The notes beneath the pieces are model-generated. The model saw only the letters and a list, made by a program, of their open reading frames with translations, ran no database searches and was not told the origin of the DNA. A stretch of 58,184 nucleotides of DNA, filler included, from Stramenopiles sp. TOSAG23-2 (taxonomy: Eukaryota): the NCBI GenBank assembly GCA_900128395.1. It is 4 parts of 4 records of this genome, joined end to end, with 100 filler letters (N's around TTAATTAATTAA, not from the genome) between each part and the next. Parts side by side here need not be neighbours in the genome. Positions count along the whole stretch, not along the records: positions 43,756 to 58,184 come from LT649758.1; 3 more parts are not named here. The stretch is one strand, 5' to 3'. A program made the translations under genes and the position numbers. Below, piece by piece: positions 44,984 to 55,785 of the stretch; position 1 is the first letter of the stretch, and each line of letters starts with the position of its first letter.

Positions 44984-46213
44984 AAAAAAATGAAAAAATA
45001 TGTGGGTTTGTTAAGAAAAGAACATATTTTAGAAGAAGTCAAATGGATAGATTTGGGAAAATAAACATGATCTATCGCGCGTGTATTTTAGAGTGTTGTT
45101 ATTTTTTTAAAAAATTAATTAGTATCATTAAGAGTAAGATTGTAGCTGTATTTCAAAAAAATACTTTCTCGTATATATAAATAATATTGTATTATTTCTC
45201 TACTAAATTTACACTCCATATAATACGTATTTTTATTATATATATTTAAAAAAACTTCTTTTACTCCCGGAAATTAACAATCTCAAATCAAAAAAATGAT
45301 TTAAATACTCATTTATATATATATATATATTAAACATAAATTATGCATAGTAAATTATTATTATCCTACACCATTACGCACATGTTTTTAAACTCTCATT
45401 TTTTTGTACACACCCACCACAACAAAGTCATAAATTTATTTTTTTCTTATATATTTTTAAAAAATGAATCTCTAGAATATAATAATATACGGTATATTGT
45501 AATTTAATTTTTTCTCAAACTTTTTTTTCTTTTTGTGAGATTTACTCACTCTCTAATATTAGAACTCTCTCCAAAACAATTTGATAATTCGTATATATTC
45601 TTATGGAATATCTATGAATGTACATATATGTATTGAATACATATCATGAAATTGTTTGATTGTATTGATGTATTGATGTATTGTGTTTTGCAATGTTGTT
45701 GCAATGTGCTGGTATGTGGTATGCGTATATTATTAATACGACAGTAAAACGATTTGCACATATTTTTCGTGGCTGTAAATAACATTGGTTGGGGATGGAC
45801 TTTATTCGGAAAATCCTTCAAAATTTACTAAATCAAGGATGATAAAGGGTGATTCGTGTGGTAATGTGGCGCGTCACCTCGCGATTATAGGGAGGATCCT
45901 CCTACTCTATACTCTGGCTCTTGTAGGTGACCCCGTACTCATACAGTACATATCTGTTGTAGTCGTCTAATATTACAACTTTAACTTGGATTAAATTATT
46001 TGGCAAAAACTCTCTTCCATAATTTCCTTAATTTTAAAGTTCTCCTTAAATTCATCCCCCCCCCCCGGTTTTTTATGAATCATGAATCACAAATAAATAA
46101 TAAATATTGTAATTAGAAAATAAAAATAATAGAAACAACCTCAAATCTATAAATGACCAAAACATTTGTAACTAATCATTTTACATTATGTATCCATTGG
46201 ACAACATCATAAC

Positions 46214-48052
46214 ATGGATTTCATAAAAGAATCATCTAATGATAATAACAACTCGGACACGGTAAAAATAACAACAACAACATCATCATCTGCTTCTTTA
46301 CATAATACGTATGATAAATGGTCGAAATATAATATTGATGAAGCGTTGGAAAATATTGATGTACAAGAATCCATTGACGAACGTGAACGTCAACGTGAAA
46401 AAACAGCAACAAACGAATTGAAAGATGAAACAAATACGGCATCAACCTTTCAAGAAGAAGCAGAAATATTATCTTCTCAAGCCGCAGTATCAAGATTCCG
46501 ATCGAAACGACGGCGTGGTAAGAAGAAAAATAAAACGAAAGACTTGAATAATAATAATAATAAATTAACCAAAAATAATAATAATAATGAGCAGGAAACT
46601 CAAATGTTAAAAATGGCCAACTTGTACAATTTTATCTCCAAAAATATCAAATCGATACGTGAAAAGCAAGAAGAGTGCAAACAAATCATGGAGCAAGATG
46701 AAGATAAAAATTATGAAAAAGTAAATAATCTATCAACACAATCATATGAATTGGTAACAAAAGGTATAAATCAAGTTAAAGATATGTTACCTGCAAATGA
46801 GGTGAAAGATGAAAAAATTATCCTTGATGATAATAATCATGATGTGGAAGATCAAAGAAGTAATGGTCATGGACATAGCCATGGACATAGTCATGGACAT
46901 GATCATGGACTTGGAAGTTCATGTAGTGGAAATAATCATTCAGCACACGATCATTCATCTCACAAACATTCATCACAAGATCATTCATCACATGCACATT
47001 CACATGGTAGTCATAATGATCATAAAAAATGCAATCATCATAATCATGATGAAACTAAAAGTAAAAAAATATCATCACCAACGAAAAAAAACGATGATAC
47101 AGATAAGAAGAATAATACTAATTTAAAAACTGCGTTGAAAGTATTATTACGTTTAAAATCAGAAATATTAATTAATTTAGGATTATCGACATTACATTTG
47201 AACATGTTACCATCATCAGTTGAGTATTTAAAAGATGCTATATTGTTACGTGAAAAAAGCAACAATGCATGGAAATATCGTGGCCATGCATATTTGAAAA
47301 TGTTTGTTCCTCATTTAGCAATACTTCATTTTAATCGAGCATTAACAATGAATCAAGATGATGTCGAAGCAGTTGAATTATTAAAAATAGCAAAAGAAGA
47401 TTCATTAGCACGAAATACTAGATCTAGGGATGATCAATTAAAACTAGAAGCAAGCTATTACGTCAAAAACCATACACAAAAAATTGAACGTGGAAAAACA
47501 TGGGAAAATATCAAATATATAAATGAACTTGGTGTTGTATTGTTTATAGAAGAATATTTTGAATCAGCTTCGATTAAATTTGAAATTGCTTTAACTGAAG
47601 CTGAAACATTATTACGTTTTTTGAACAACAATAAGAATGATAATATGGAAGAGACGTCAAATATGATAAAATTTATTCTTGAATCTTTTAATAATATTGC
47701 AACATGCTATTTTAAGTGTTCAACAAATAGTTCAATGCATAAGGCAATAGAATATTGCACATTAGGTATAGAAAAGAAGGTCGATGACATGTCATATCAA
47801 TTACTACGTGCTAATCTTTTATATCGACGTGCACAATCATACAATTTTTTATATTCATTTAATAAAAGTGAAAATGATTTGCTACAAGCAAAAACGATTT
47901 TAGCAGAGATTACAACTAATAATGATGCAAACGAGATAGATACAGAAATAGATGAAAAAGATAGTGATGTAACAAAATTGCTTTCTAAAGTTGAACGTTT
48001 TATAAGCTTTGTACGATTTAGAATGAAACAATTTGGAAATATTGATGTGTAA
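46214..48052 (+). CDS. TPR-repeat protein with His-rich insert
   Basis: 612 aa; YDKWSKYNIDE motif, His-rich tract (HGHSHGHSHGHDH), TPR-like AWKYRGHAYLKM...AILHFNRAL, FNNIATCYFK, LYRRAQSY. Confidence 0.75.
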   Translation: MDFIKESSNDNNNSDTVKITTTTSSSASLHNTYDKWSKYNIDEALENIDVQESIDERERQREKTATNELKDETNTASTFQEEAEILSSQAAVSRFRSKRRRGKKKNKTKDLNNNNNKLTKNNNNNEQETQMLKMANLYNFISKNIKSIREKQEECKQIMEQDEDKNYEKVNNLSTQSYELVTKGINQVKDMLPANEVKDEKIILDDNNHDVEDQRSNGHGHSHGHSHGHDHGLGSSCSGNNHSAHDHSSHKHSSQDHSSHAHSHGSHNDHKKCNHHNHDETKSKKISSPTKKNDDTDKKNNTNLKTALKVLLRLKSEILINLGLSTLHLNMLPSSVEYLKDAILLREKSNNAWKYRGHAYLKMFVPHLAILHFNRALTMNQDDVEAVELLKIAKEDSLARNTRSRDDQLKLEASYYVKNHTQKIERGKTWENIKYINELGVVLFIEEYFESASIKFEIALTEAETLLRFLNNNKNDNMEETSNMIKFILESFNNIATCYFKCSTNSSMHKAIEYCTLGIEKKVDDMSYQLLRANLLYRRAQSYNFLYSFNKSENDLLQAKTILAEITTNNDANEIDTEIDEKDSDVTKLLSKVERFISFVRFRMKQFGNIDV

Positions 48053-48228
48053 AAGAATGTGTCTATTATGATATACGAATCGTATTAATAATATCATAAT
48101 AAAGGTTGTGAGAATTTAAAAAAATTTCGGTGTGTTAATAATATATATACTATAAATACTCTGGTCGTATACAAAAATACAAAAACATAAAAATATTATA
48201 GATATTTCAATTATTAATAGTTGTTTTT

Positions 48229-48558
48229 TTAATTAAACGTGACAAGTTCAACATCAAATATTAATGTTGAATTCGGTGGTATTAAACCAGGAAACCCTTT
48301 TGCACCATAACCTAAACCAGGTGGTATAATAATTTTTGCACGTTCCCCTATACTAAGTTGTGAAATTCCATCATCAAGCCCACGTATGACTTGTTCTGCG
48401 CCTAACTTAAATTTAAATGGTTTTCCACGATCTCTAGAACTATCCCATTGCGATCCATCTATTAAATAACCAGTATAATGTACTGTGACGGTTTGTCCTG
48501 GTTTTGGATAATTAATACCATCCCCAGCAGTAAAAATTTCTACAGTAACTTTAGCCAT
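48229..48558 (-). CDS. FKBP12: FKBP12-type peptidyl-prolyl isomerase
   Basis: 109 aa from ATG 48558; GDGINYPKPGQTVTVHYTG, WDSSRDRGKPFKF, GYGAKGFPGLIPPNSTLIFDVEL. Confidence 0.95.
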   Translation of the reverse strand: MAKVTVEIFTAGDGINYPKPGQTVTVHYTGYLIDGSQWDSSRDRGKPFKFKLGAEQVIRGLDDGISQLSIGERAKIIIPPGLGYGAKGFPGLIPPNSTLIFDVELVTFN

Positions 48559-49276
48559 ATTTGTACTTTTACTATATGATGAATTATTATTTATTTTACA
48601 AACCAACTATATTTATATATATATACGCGACAAATGTTGAAATATTATTTTCTATATTTCTTATGATTTAACTATTATTATAAATTCTTCTTCAAACTAA
48701 TATATACATACATACATATACACAAAAAATTCTCCAACTTGAAAGAAAGGAATCGATAGTGATGAACAACTTTTTTTCTTTTTTTTTCAGTTGTTTTATT
48801 AGTTTTTCTATAACGTTTTTGATTTTACTACTGTCGTTGTTACTGCATGTTACAACTTAAAAAAAGTAAACTTTTATAAACAATGAAAATTTGATGTTCA
48901 TCGTGACATCGTGACTAATGAAAAAAGAAACCGAATTAGTTGCGTAGTTATAAGTCTAGTGGTTTATGCCATATTATAGTGGTTTAAAGAAACACAACAT
49001 TTACACACAGACTTTTTAAACGCATTACTATGTAAATATAATACCATCGACGTTATCATTGTAATCCTGGTAATGTAAAATACTACTTTAACTTTATTAT
49101 TATTATAACTTAAATACTTTCTTACACTGGTATTATGCACATTAATACATACAGTATATATAGAGAGAAAGAGATGTATGTACACTCTGTAATATATATA
49201 TTGTAAATTGCACGCGTATTAGTTAAGACTACATTTATTTTCTCTCGAGAAAGAATCTAATATATTTTCGTACACC

Positions 49277-52200
49277 ATGAGTAAAAAAGACATACATATT
49301 GAATGCTATGTACGTAATGCTGTTTCAAATCCAAGAGTTAACGGCGCATATAAATTGCAAGAAAGGGGGCATATACACTCAAAACATACAATGTTTTTTA
49401 AACATGAAAATGGAATATATTCCTTAGCAAGATTTAAAATTGGTGGGAAATACGGATGGGTTATTGGGCAAGATCGCAAAGCAATTTATGGCGTTCGCAC
49501 GGAAGAATTATACCCACCAAAGCAAGGATGGAAAACTGTTGCACGGGGTACTTTTTCAGGTAAAACTGTACCCGACCACAAAATGGAAGTTCGCGTTATT
49601 CAAGTTATGATGGGAAAAAACAAAGAAGAGACTGTTTACTTAAATGATCCCAAGGTTCCACTTGCTAATAAAGATTTGCCTAAAAGAGAACAAATAAAAG
49701 TTATGGATGTTGGGGGTAAAGTAGGAGACAATAAACATATGTTATCTTTTGCATCGATGGATGAAACTGTTGGTAATTTACATCCTCGTTTAGACGCATA
49801 CATCGTTGATGAAGAAGGGCGTAGAAGAGTATTGTATAAAGAAAAAATACCATTGGATATCCGAACCGGGCAACACTGTTGTTCCTGCTGTCCAGCCCGT
49901 TTTTCTGAAAGCGATTTGCCTGCAGAGTATGGTGCTGGGGTTGAAATGTATTTTCAATTCTTAAAATGGCTTTATTGCATGTTTTTTATTTTATTCATTG
50001 TCATTACACCGACGTTGTATATAATCTTAAAAACTGGTGAATATGATGAAACTTTAACGAACGGTATTGGCGTATTAGCAATTCCAACGCTAGGTAATTT
50101 AGGGGAAGGTGAAGCAATATGTTCGGATAGTAGCCAAATGCAAGAAATCATTAGTGGAGGAAGCGAGCTAAGTACTACCGATGAGGATACTAGCGATATT
50201 AACGACGAATCTTTGACTACAGGAGGAGAACCAGTTGCTGAAGCTGAAGCTGTTGTTACTACTAGTACGGATGGGAATTTGCTCACATTAAAATGTCCAA
50301 TTGGTGAGGTTGGCTACGTAGCATCAGCATCTTTTGGATATCCAAATGGCTTGTGTGGTTGTCCAGCATATATGAGGCCAGATGCAACAACAGGGGAATG
50401 CCCTCATGAGAGAGATTTAAGCGTCGTGCCATCAGCATGTAAACCTGGCGAGTATTGTCTATTAGGTACGGAGCCTACTTTAGGTACAGAATGTTGCGCT
50501 GGAGTGCGTAACTCTGGTGGAATGGCAGATTTTAGTTCCATTATACCGTCTCAAAATACTACTTGCGAAAGTACATTTTCAAGAGATATCGTAGAAGGTT
50601 TATGCTTTGGGAAAAAAATGTGCCAGATAAATATAAATCCATATCAAATTTATAATTGGACTACAAAATTAAGTATAGATAATAGTGGCGTGTTAACATG
50701 TGATAATGAATTAGTTGTAAAAACGGAAGATGTTCCGGTACTATCGACAACAGGGGGTAAAGATAAAATGGAGATTAGGAAATATTGTGCTGCATCCTTT
50801 GCCCAAACACGAAAAAAAAATCCAGATAACTTTCCAAATTTAAACAAATGTTTAAATAATACAGCAACAGGTCAAAAAATGAAATTAATTGTAGTTGCAA
50901 CATGTTTTGAAACTAAAGTGAATTTAGAGGAATTGGGTAGTTTAGGTTTTTCAACAATATATTCAAAACAATATTTGCAATTTGTAATGTCTGGACTAGA
51001 TATGGTTGCAACTATTATTTTCATGATGTTCTTTTTTTGTTTACGTAAAAGTGAAGCCAAGTTAGTTGACAAGATTGATGAAGCTGTTATCGATGTTAAA
51101 GATTTTACTGTATTTTTTCCTCATTTGCCACCAAATAAATACAAAGATCACAATGAATTAAGGCATAAAATCCGAGATAGATTAGAGCTGAACTTGGAAA
51201 AAGGGTTTAACCAGAATTTGACATCTTCAGGCCCATCCACTCGTGATGGCAGTATACATATTCATCAAATTAAGTTGGGATTCAATCATTCACGTTTGAT
51301 AAATATCATGAAACGACGTGGCAAAATATTGCGAAGAATGGAATTAGAATTGAATAAAGAATCAGAAGCGCATGAGCAACATAAAGCAAAAATGGAGGAC
51401 AAAATGCATAAAAAGTTAGAGAAAGAAATTAAAAAATTAGCAAAAGTAGATAACGAAATTTCAGCACTGGAAGAAACTACTAGTGCAGTTTGTGCATTTA
51501 TTACATTTGAAGATGAAGAAGGTGTTGCCAGGGCATTAGATATGTACCCGAATACATGTTGCCATCGCATAGGATGTTGTATGAAAAATGATCAAAAATT
51601 AGAATTTGAAGGAAAATATTATCCATTTGCTTTCAGGAAGCCTAAAGGTCCTACGGAGGTAATATGGGAAAATTGTGAAGTGACACCCAAGCAACGTTGC
51701 ACTCGATCTATGATAACATCATCCTTATCATTGCTTTTAATATTATCAACTTTTATATTTGTAGTTGCAGCTAAGAATCAAAAAGCTGCAGTTGATCGTC
51801 TCTACCCACCGACTATATGTGACCCATTGACCCCACCAACAAAGAAACAAGTAATAGCAGATGAATTTTTTGCAGATCCATCATATAACGTAACCTCAAA
51901 ACAAGGACATCTAGCATGTTACTGTCAAAAATTAATTGACGACGCTGGCCCAATGCAAGAGGAAAATGTTTATAATTCAGAATTTCCAAAAAATCCAAAA
52001 ACAGGATCCACAACTTGGTGCGTAGACTGGGTCCAGGGCCAAGCACAAGTACAAGGTTTTGCATTTTTAGCAGTTGCCATGGTAGTTGCTGTCAACACCG
52101 TGTTGACGATGATAATGAGGCGTTTAGTAATATATGAGAAACATCCGTTTATTACTGATATGTTTTCATCGTTAACGACTAAAATTTTTATTGCGAAATT

Positions 52201-53620
52201 TTTGAACACTGCAATTGTTGTCGTCATTGTCAATGCAACGTTGGAAACGTATAATGTAAATATTGAATCCCCACATTTCCCATTATTAGCAGGCGCTTAT
52301 AATGATTTTAATATGCGCTGGTACTTTTATGTTGGTGCGCCAATTATAATGACTGTGTGTATGAACAGTGTAACTGAATTATCAATGCCATTTGCGTTGA
52401 AAGCATATCAATATTATAAAATATATAAAGATCGAAACAAATCAGGGAATAAAACCATTTCCAAAAAAGAAACGCAACATGACTATGACAAGATGTTTAT
52501 CGGTAGTAATTTTTTATTAGCTGATCAGTATGCATCATGTTTAAATACTATTTTTGTCGTGTTTTTATATAGTGGCGGTATGCCTGTATTGATCTTTATT
52601 GCATGTTTGATTTTTTATTTAAAATATAAAATTGAAAAATGGGCATTTTTACGATTTTACAAAACGCCACCGGCATATGATGAATCAATTGCTAAAAATG
52701 CACAAGGTTGGTTACCATACGCAGGCGTTTTACATTTATTATTTGCAACTTGGATGTTTACAAATCCTGAAATTTTTGGTGCAGGTGATACAACATCATT
52801 TAGCAAGATGGCGGATGCATTCTTTGGTGTCCTTGGTGCAAGAACGGATTCACAAGCAAATCTTGCTCAAGCCTCGGCTGCTGGTAGATCACTCATATTT
52901 GATCGTGCTTTACTAGCACCACATTTAGTGGCATTGGCTGCATTGATCTTCGCATGGCTTTTCTTTGAGCGTGTAATATGGAAATTAATGGTTACATTTT
53001 TATCTACCATTTTTCCATGTCTGCGTTGTGACAACAGTGGAACTAAAACTGAGACTGAGGATGATAGTATGAGTTACTCTGAAGCAAAAAGAGAAAAACA
53101 ATTAAAAGGTATACCAGATTATAATATGGAACACAATCCAGCATACATAGAAATGTTTGCATTAGATGTCGTATCAGCGCATAAATTTATCCGTCGTATT
53201 GGAAAACCAGCAGTAGATTATAAAAAAATGGAGCGTAAACATTATAGAGGCCAACGCGAGAGTTTGGACAAAGAAACCTTGGAACGCGAGATGGAACAAG
53301 AAAAACATCTTGAAGCTGTAAAAGCTAGAAGGCAAGCGAAGCTACCGGATAAATTCCAAGCAAATCCAATGACGCAACAAAATCCTATGCATACGAGCGG
53401 ACGTGGTAGAGGACGTGGTAGATCTAGTGGAAGTCCTGATTATCGTTTACCACGATCAAGTCGGCGTTCTGCTAGTAGAGCAAGACCTAGTAAGAGGGGT
53501 CGTGGTGGTGGTAGTGGTAGAGGTCGTGGTAGGGGGCATTTAAGTATGCGTGGTAGTGGTAGAGGTCGTGGTAGGGGGCGTTTAAGTATGCGTGGTAGAG
53601 GTAGAGGTCGTGGGAAGTGA
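49277..53620 (+). CDS. OSCA/TMEM63 (CSC1)-like channel with SUEL-type lectin insert and RG-rich tail
   Basis: 1447 aa; YGAGVEMYFQFLK, DVKDFTVFF, CAFITFE, PTEVIWEN, YEKH, FLLADQYA, YKIEKWAFLRFYKTPPAYDESIA. Confidence 0.82.
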   Translation: MSKKDIHIECYVRNAVSNPRVNGAYKLQERGHIHSKHTMFFKHENGIYSLARFKIGGKYGWVIGQDRKAIYGVRTEELYPPKQGWKTVARGTFSGKTVPDHKMEVRVIQVMMGKNKEETVYLNDPKVPLANKDLPKREQIKVMDVGGKVGDNKHMLSFASMDETVGNLHPRLDAYIVDEEGRRRVLYKEKIPLDIRTGQHCCSCCPARFSESDLPAEYGAGVEMYFQFLKWLYCMFFILFIVITPTLYIILKTGEYDETLTNGIGVLAIPTLGNLGEGEAICSDSSQMQEIISGGSELSTTDEDTSDINDESLTTGGEPVAEAEAVVTTSTDGNLLTLKCPIGEVGYVASASFGYPNGLCGCPAYMRPDATTGECPHERDLSVVPSACKPGEYCLLGTEPTLGTECCAGVRNSGGMADFSSIIPSQNTTCESTFSRDIVEGLCFGKKMCQININPYQIYNWTTKLSIDNSGVLTCDNELVVKTEDVPVLSTTGGKDKMEIRKYCAASFAQTRKKNPDNFPNLNKCLNNTATGQKMKLIVVATCFETKVNLEELGSLGFSTIYSKQYLQFVMSGLDMVATIIFMMFFFCLRKSEAKLVDKIDEAVIDVKDFTVFFPHLPPNKYKDHNELRHKIRDRLELNLEKGFNQNLTSSGPSTRDGSIHIHQIKLGFNHSRLINIMKRRGKILRRMELELNKESEAHEQHKAKMEDKMHKKLEKEIKKLAKVDNEISALEETTSAVCAFITFEDEEGVARALDMYPNTCCHRIGCCMKNDQKLEFEGKYYPFAFRKPKGPTEVIWENCEVTPKQRCTRSMITSSLSLLLILSTFIFVVAAKNQKAAVDRLYPPTICDPLTPPTKKQVIADEFFADPSYNVTSKQGHLACYCQKLIDDAGPMQEENVYNSEFPKNPKTGSTTWCVDWVQGQAQVQGFAFLAVAMVVAVNTVLTMIMRRLVIYEKHPFITDMFSSLTTKIFIAKFLNTAIVVVIVNATLETYNVNIESPHFPLLAGAYNDFNMRWYFYVGAPIIMTVCMNSVTELSMPFALKAYQYYKIYKDRNKSGNKTISKKETQHDYDKMFIGSNFLLADQYASCLNTIFVVFLYSGGMPVLIFIACLIFYLKYKIEKWAFLRFYKTPPAYDESIAKNAQGWLPYAGVLHLLFATWMFTNPEIFGAGDTTSFSKMADAFFGVLGARTDSQANLAQASAAGRSLIFDRALLAPHLVALAALIFAWLFFERVIWKLMVTFLSTIFPCLRCDNSGTKTETEDDSMSYSEAKREKQLKGIPDYNMEHNPAYIEMFALDVVSAHKFIRRIGKPAVDYKKMERKHYRGQRESLDKETLEREMEQEKHLEAVKARRQAKLPDKFQANPMTQQNPMHTSGRGRGRGRSSGSPDYRLPRSSRRSASRARPSKRGRGGGSGRGRGRGHLSMRGSGRGRGRGRLSMRGRGRGRGK

Positions 53621-54154
53621 TGTGTATGAAAAATTTAGATTTTTATAACATACGAACTTCGTACCGACCTCGAAACATTATCCTCTTTTATCAAATATAT
53701 ATATTTTATAGCTATGATTACGAGTATCATACGTCGTGTATAAAAACCTACGTAGACTAAAATATATTTTAACGTATTCGAACAACAAAAAACAAATTTT
53801 AAAAGAGGATCAACGCTTGCATCTGCGACCATTTGCGAATTTGGGGAAGTAAAATTTATTTAAAAATAAAACACTGTACGTACTTTAGATTTTATAACCA
53901 CCACACCATCTTTTCTATACTTCTCAGCCAGGGGTACAAAAACTTGCGCATCCACACTATAGCTCTACTTGCAACAACACTGCACTGGTTTTTATTATTT
54001 TTTTTTTTATTTCTACAACAATTTCCTATATATTTTGGTATACTATTGAGTACAAAATAGAATTCGTTTTTTTTTTAAAAAAAATAATTTGAATAATGAA
54101 CTAACATATATATATAAGAAATGGAAAAGGTAAACAGTGAACAGCGGGTGAGAA

Positions 54155-54362
54155 CATCAAGTAGAGCTAGTATTGTCTGTGTGTGTATACCGACTTTTGT
54201 GTCCGTAATAATAAAGAAATCAGATTAATATATATATACAGTTGCGTGTATCGGATATCATCAAGTAGAGCTAGTATTGTCTGTGTGTGTATACCGACTT
54301 TTGTGTCCGTAATAATAAAGAAATCAGATTAATATATATATACAGTTGCGTGTATCGGATAT
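54155..54362. repeat. Exact 104-bp tandem duplication
   Basis: 54155-54258 equals 54259-54362. Confidence 0.88.
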
Positions 54363-54415
54363 ATATATATATATATATACTTATATATATAAATTGTGCT
54401 ATATACCTCATCAAC

Positions 54416-55039
54416 ATGTCGGAAGGTAAATATATTGATGAGGAAGATTTAGGTGGTGGAGGTGGTAAAACAATTGATAATGAAGATAATAATAGCGGTA
54501 GCTCTAAACTCATTGATGAGGGCGATGTTGACAATGGCGCTAGTTCGAAAACGATAGAAATTGAGGATGGCGAGGAATTGGAGGAGGAGGAAGAGGAGGA
54601 AAAAACATTAATGGTACAAGTGATGGACTATTGTCGTACCCGTGACTTTTTGAAAATATTTGAAGACTATATTATTAACCATATCAAATATTTTAAAGAT
54701 GCTACTGACGATGAACATCGTTTGGAATGGACCAAAATATTTGAAGATTATTTGAAATTGTTTGAAGATGTATTAGCACAATTTATTGACAAAAAAGGCG
54801 GGAACTACGCATCGTTTTACCGTCAATGTAGGGAAAAGCAAGATATGGGTTCACCAGAGGAGAAACATTTTCTTAAACTCTTACTTGCTAGTGCTGATTA
54901 TCAAGACTTTTCACGTATAATGGTACGTGAAGCACGTTATTATTATCAAACAGGTATAAGTCATTTTGGATATGTACCACCAGAAGCAGTTGAAATGGAT
55001 GATAAATATTTAGATCCAAGAACACAAAAAGGAAAATAA
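54416..55039 (+). CDS. BART-domain (ARL2-binding/CFAP36-like) protein
   Basis: 207 aa from ATG 54416; acidic N-terminus then EHRLEWTKIFEDYLKLFEDVL...LLASADYQDFSRIM. Confidence 0.8.
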   Translation: MSEGKYIDEEDLGGGGGKTIDNEDNNSGSSKLIDEGDVDNGASSKTIEIEDGEELEEEEEEEKTLMVQVMDYCRTRDFLKIFEDYIINHIKYFKDATDDEHRLEWTKIFEDYLKLFEDVLAQFIDKKGGNYASFYRQCREKQDMGSPEEKHFLKLLLASADYQDFSRIMVREARYYYQTGISHFGYVPPEAVEMDDKYLDPRTQKGK

Positions 55040-55041
55040 AT

Positions 55042-55289
55042 ATTTGGATGTATATGGGAACAAAAAGAAAAAAAGAAATTAATGGTAAATAATAAAATGA
55101 ACATATATAATAATGGTAAAATGTACTTCTTTTTTTCTTTTTTTTCCATTGTGGAAAATAGTAAAATTTGGATGTATATGGGAACAAAAAGAAAAAAAGA
55201 AATTAATGGTAAATAATAAAATGAACATATATAATAATGGTAAAATGTACTTCTTTTTTTCTTTTTTTTCCATTGTGGAAAATAGTAAA
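55042..55289. repeat. Exact 124-bp tandem duplication downstream of the BART gene
   Basis: 55042-55165 equals 55166-55289. Confidence 0.88.
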
Positions 55290-55541
55290 AAAATAAATAA
55301 TATATGTGGAGAGAGTAAGTCGTCGTACAAGGAAAGAGAGGAAAAAGGACGCACACACATAAATTTTACTTTTTTTTATATTTTTTTAAAAAACAAAAAT
55401 ATATATTTTTATAATATATATATATTTTTAATCACATATACAAGATTTGAATATAATTAACATGTACACTACTTTTGTAACAATATGTCAAAACCTTTGT
55501 GTTTTTCTTTGTTTCCTTTTGTGAAATACATTTTTTATTTT

Positions 55542-55785
55542 TTTTTTAAACTGATTCACTTAATAAATTATGCATTTTGTTAATCTTGTTTGAGATAGAT
55601 AAATCCATAAAACGATCACCAACTTGCAAGGTTAATCCGCCTAAAATATCTGGGTCTACACGTTTTTTTAAACTGATTCACTTAATAAATTATGCATTTT
55701 GTTAATCTTGTTTGAGATAGATAAATCCATAAAACGATCACCAACTTGCAAGGTTAATCCGCCTAAAATATCTGGGTCTACACGT
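55542..55785. repeat. Exact 122-bp tandem duplication of the OSCP 3' end
   Basis: 55542-55663 equals 55664-55785. Confidence 0.88.

Noticed and set aside
45860..45905. Resemblance to the SRP/7SL Alu-domain (gtggcgcgt...gggaggatc)
   Set aside because: Only short words match; no SRP helix-8 motif recognised, so no ncRNA is called
48559..48606. Extended N-terminus of FKBP from a non-ATG start
   Set aside because: Eukaryotic gene; ATG at 48558 gives the canonical 109-aa FKBP12 length
54287..54415. Hydrophobic N-terminal extension of the BART ORF
   Set aside because: Non-ATG start running through a duplicated segment and an (AT)n tract
55548..55663. Second OSCP gene or pseudogene fragment
   Set aside because: Exact 122-bp duplicate of the adjacent 3' end; likely assembly overlap
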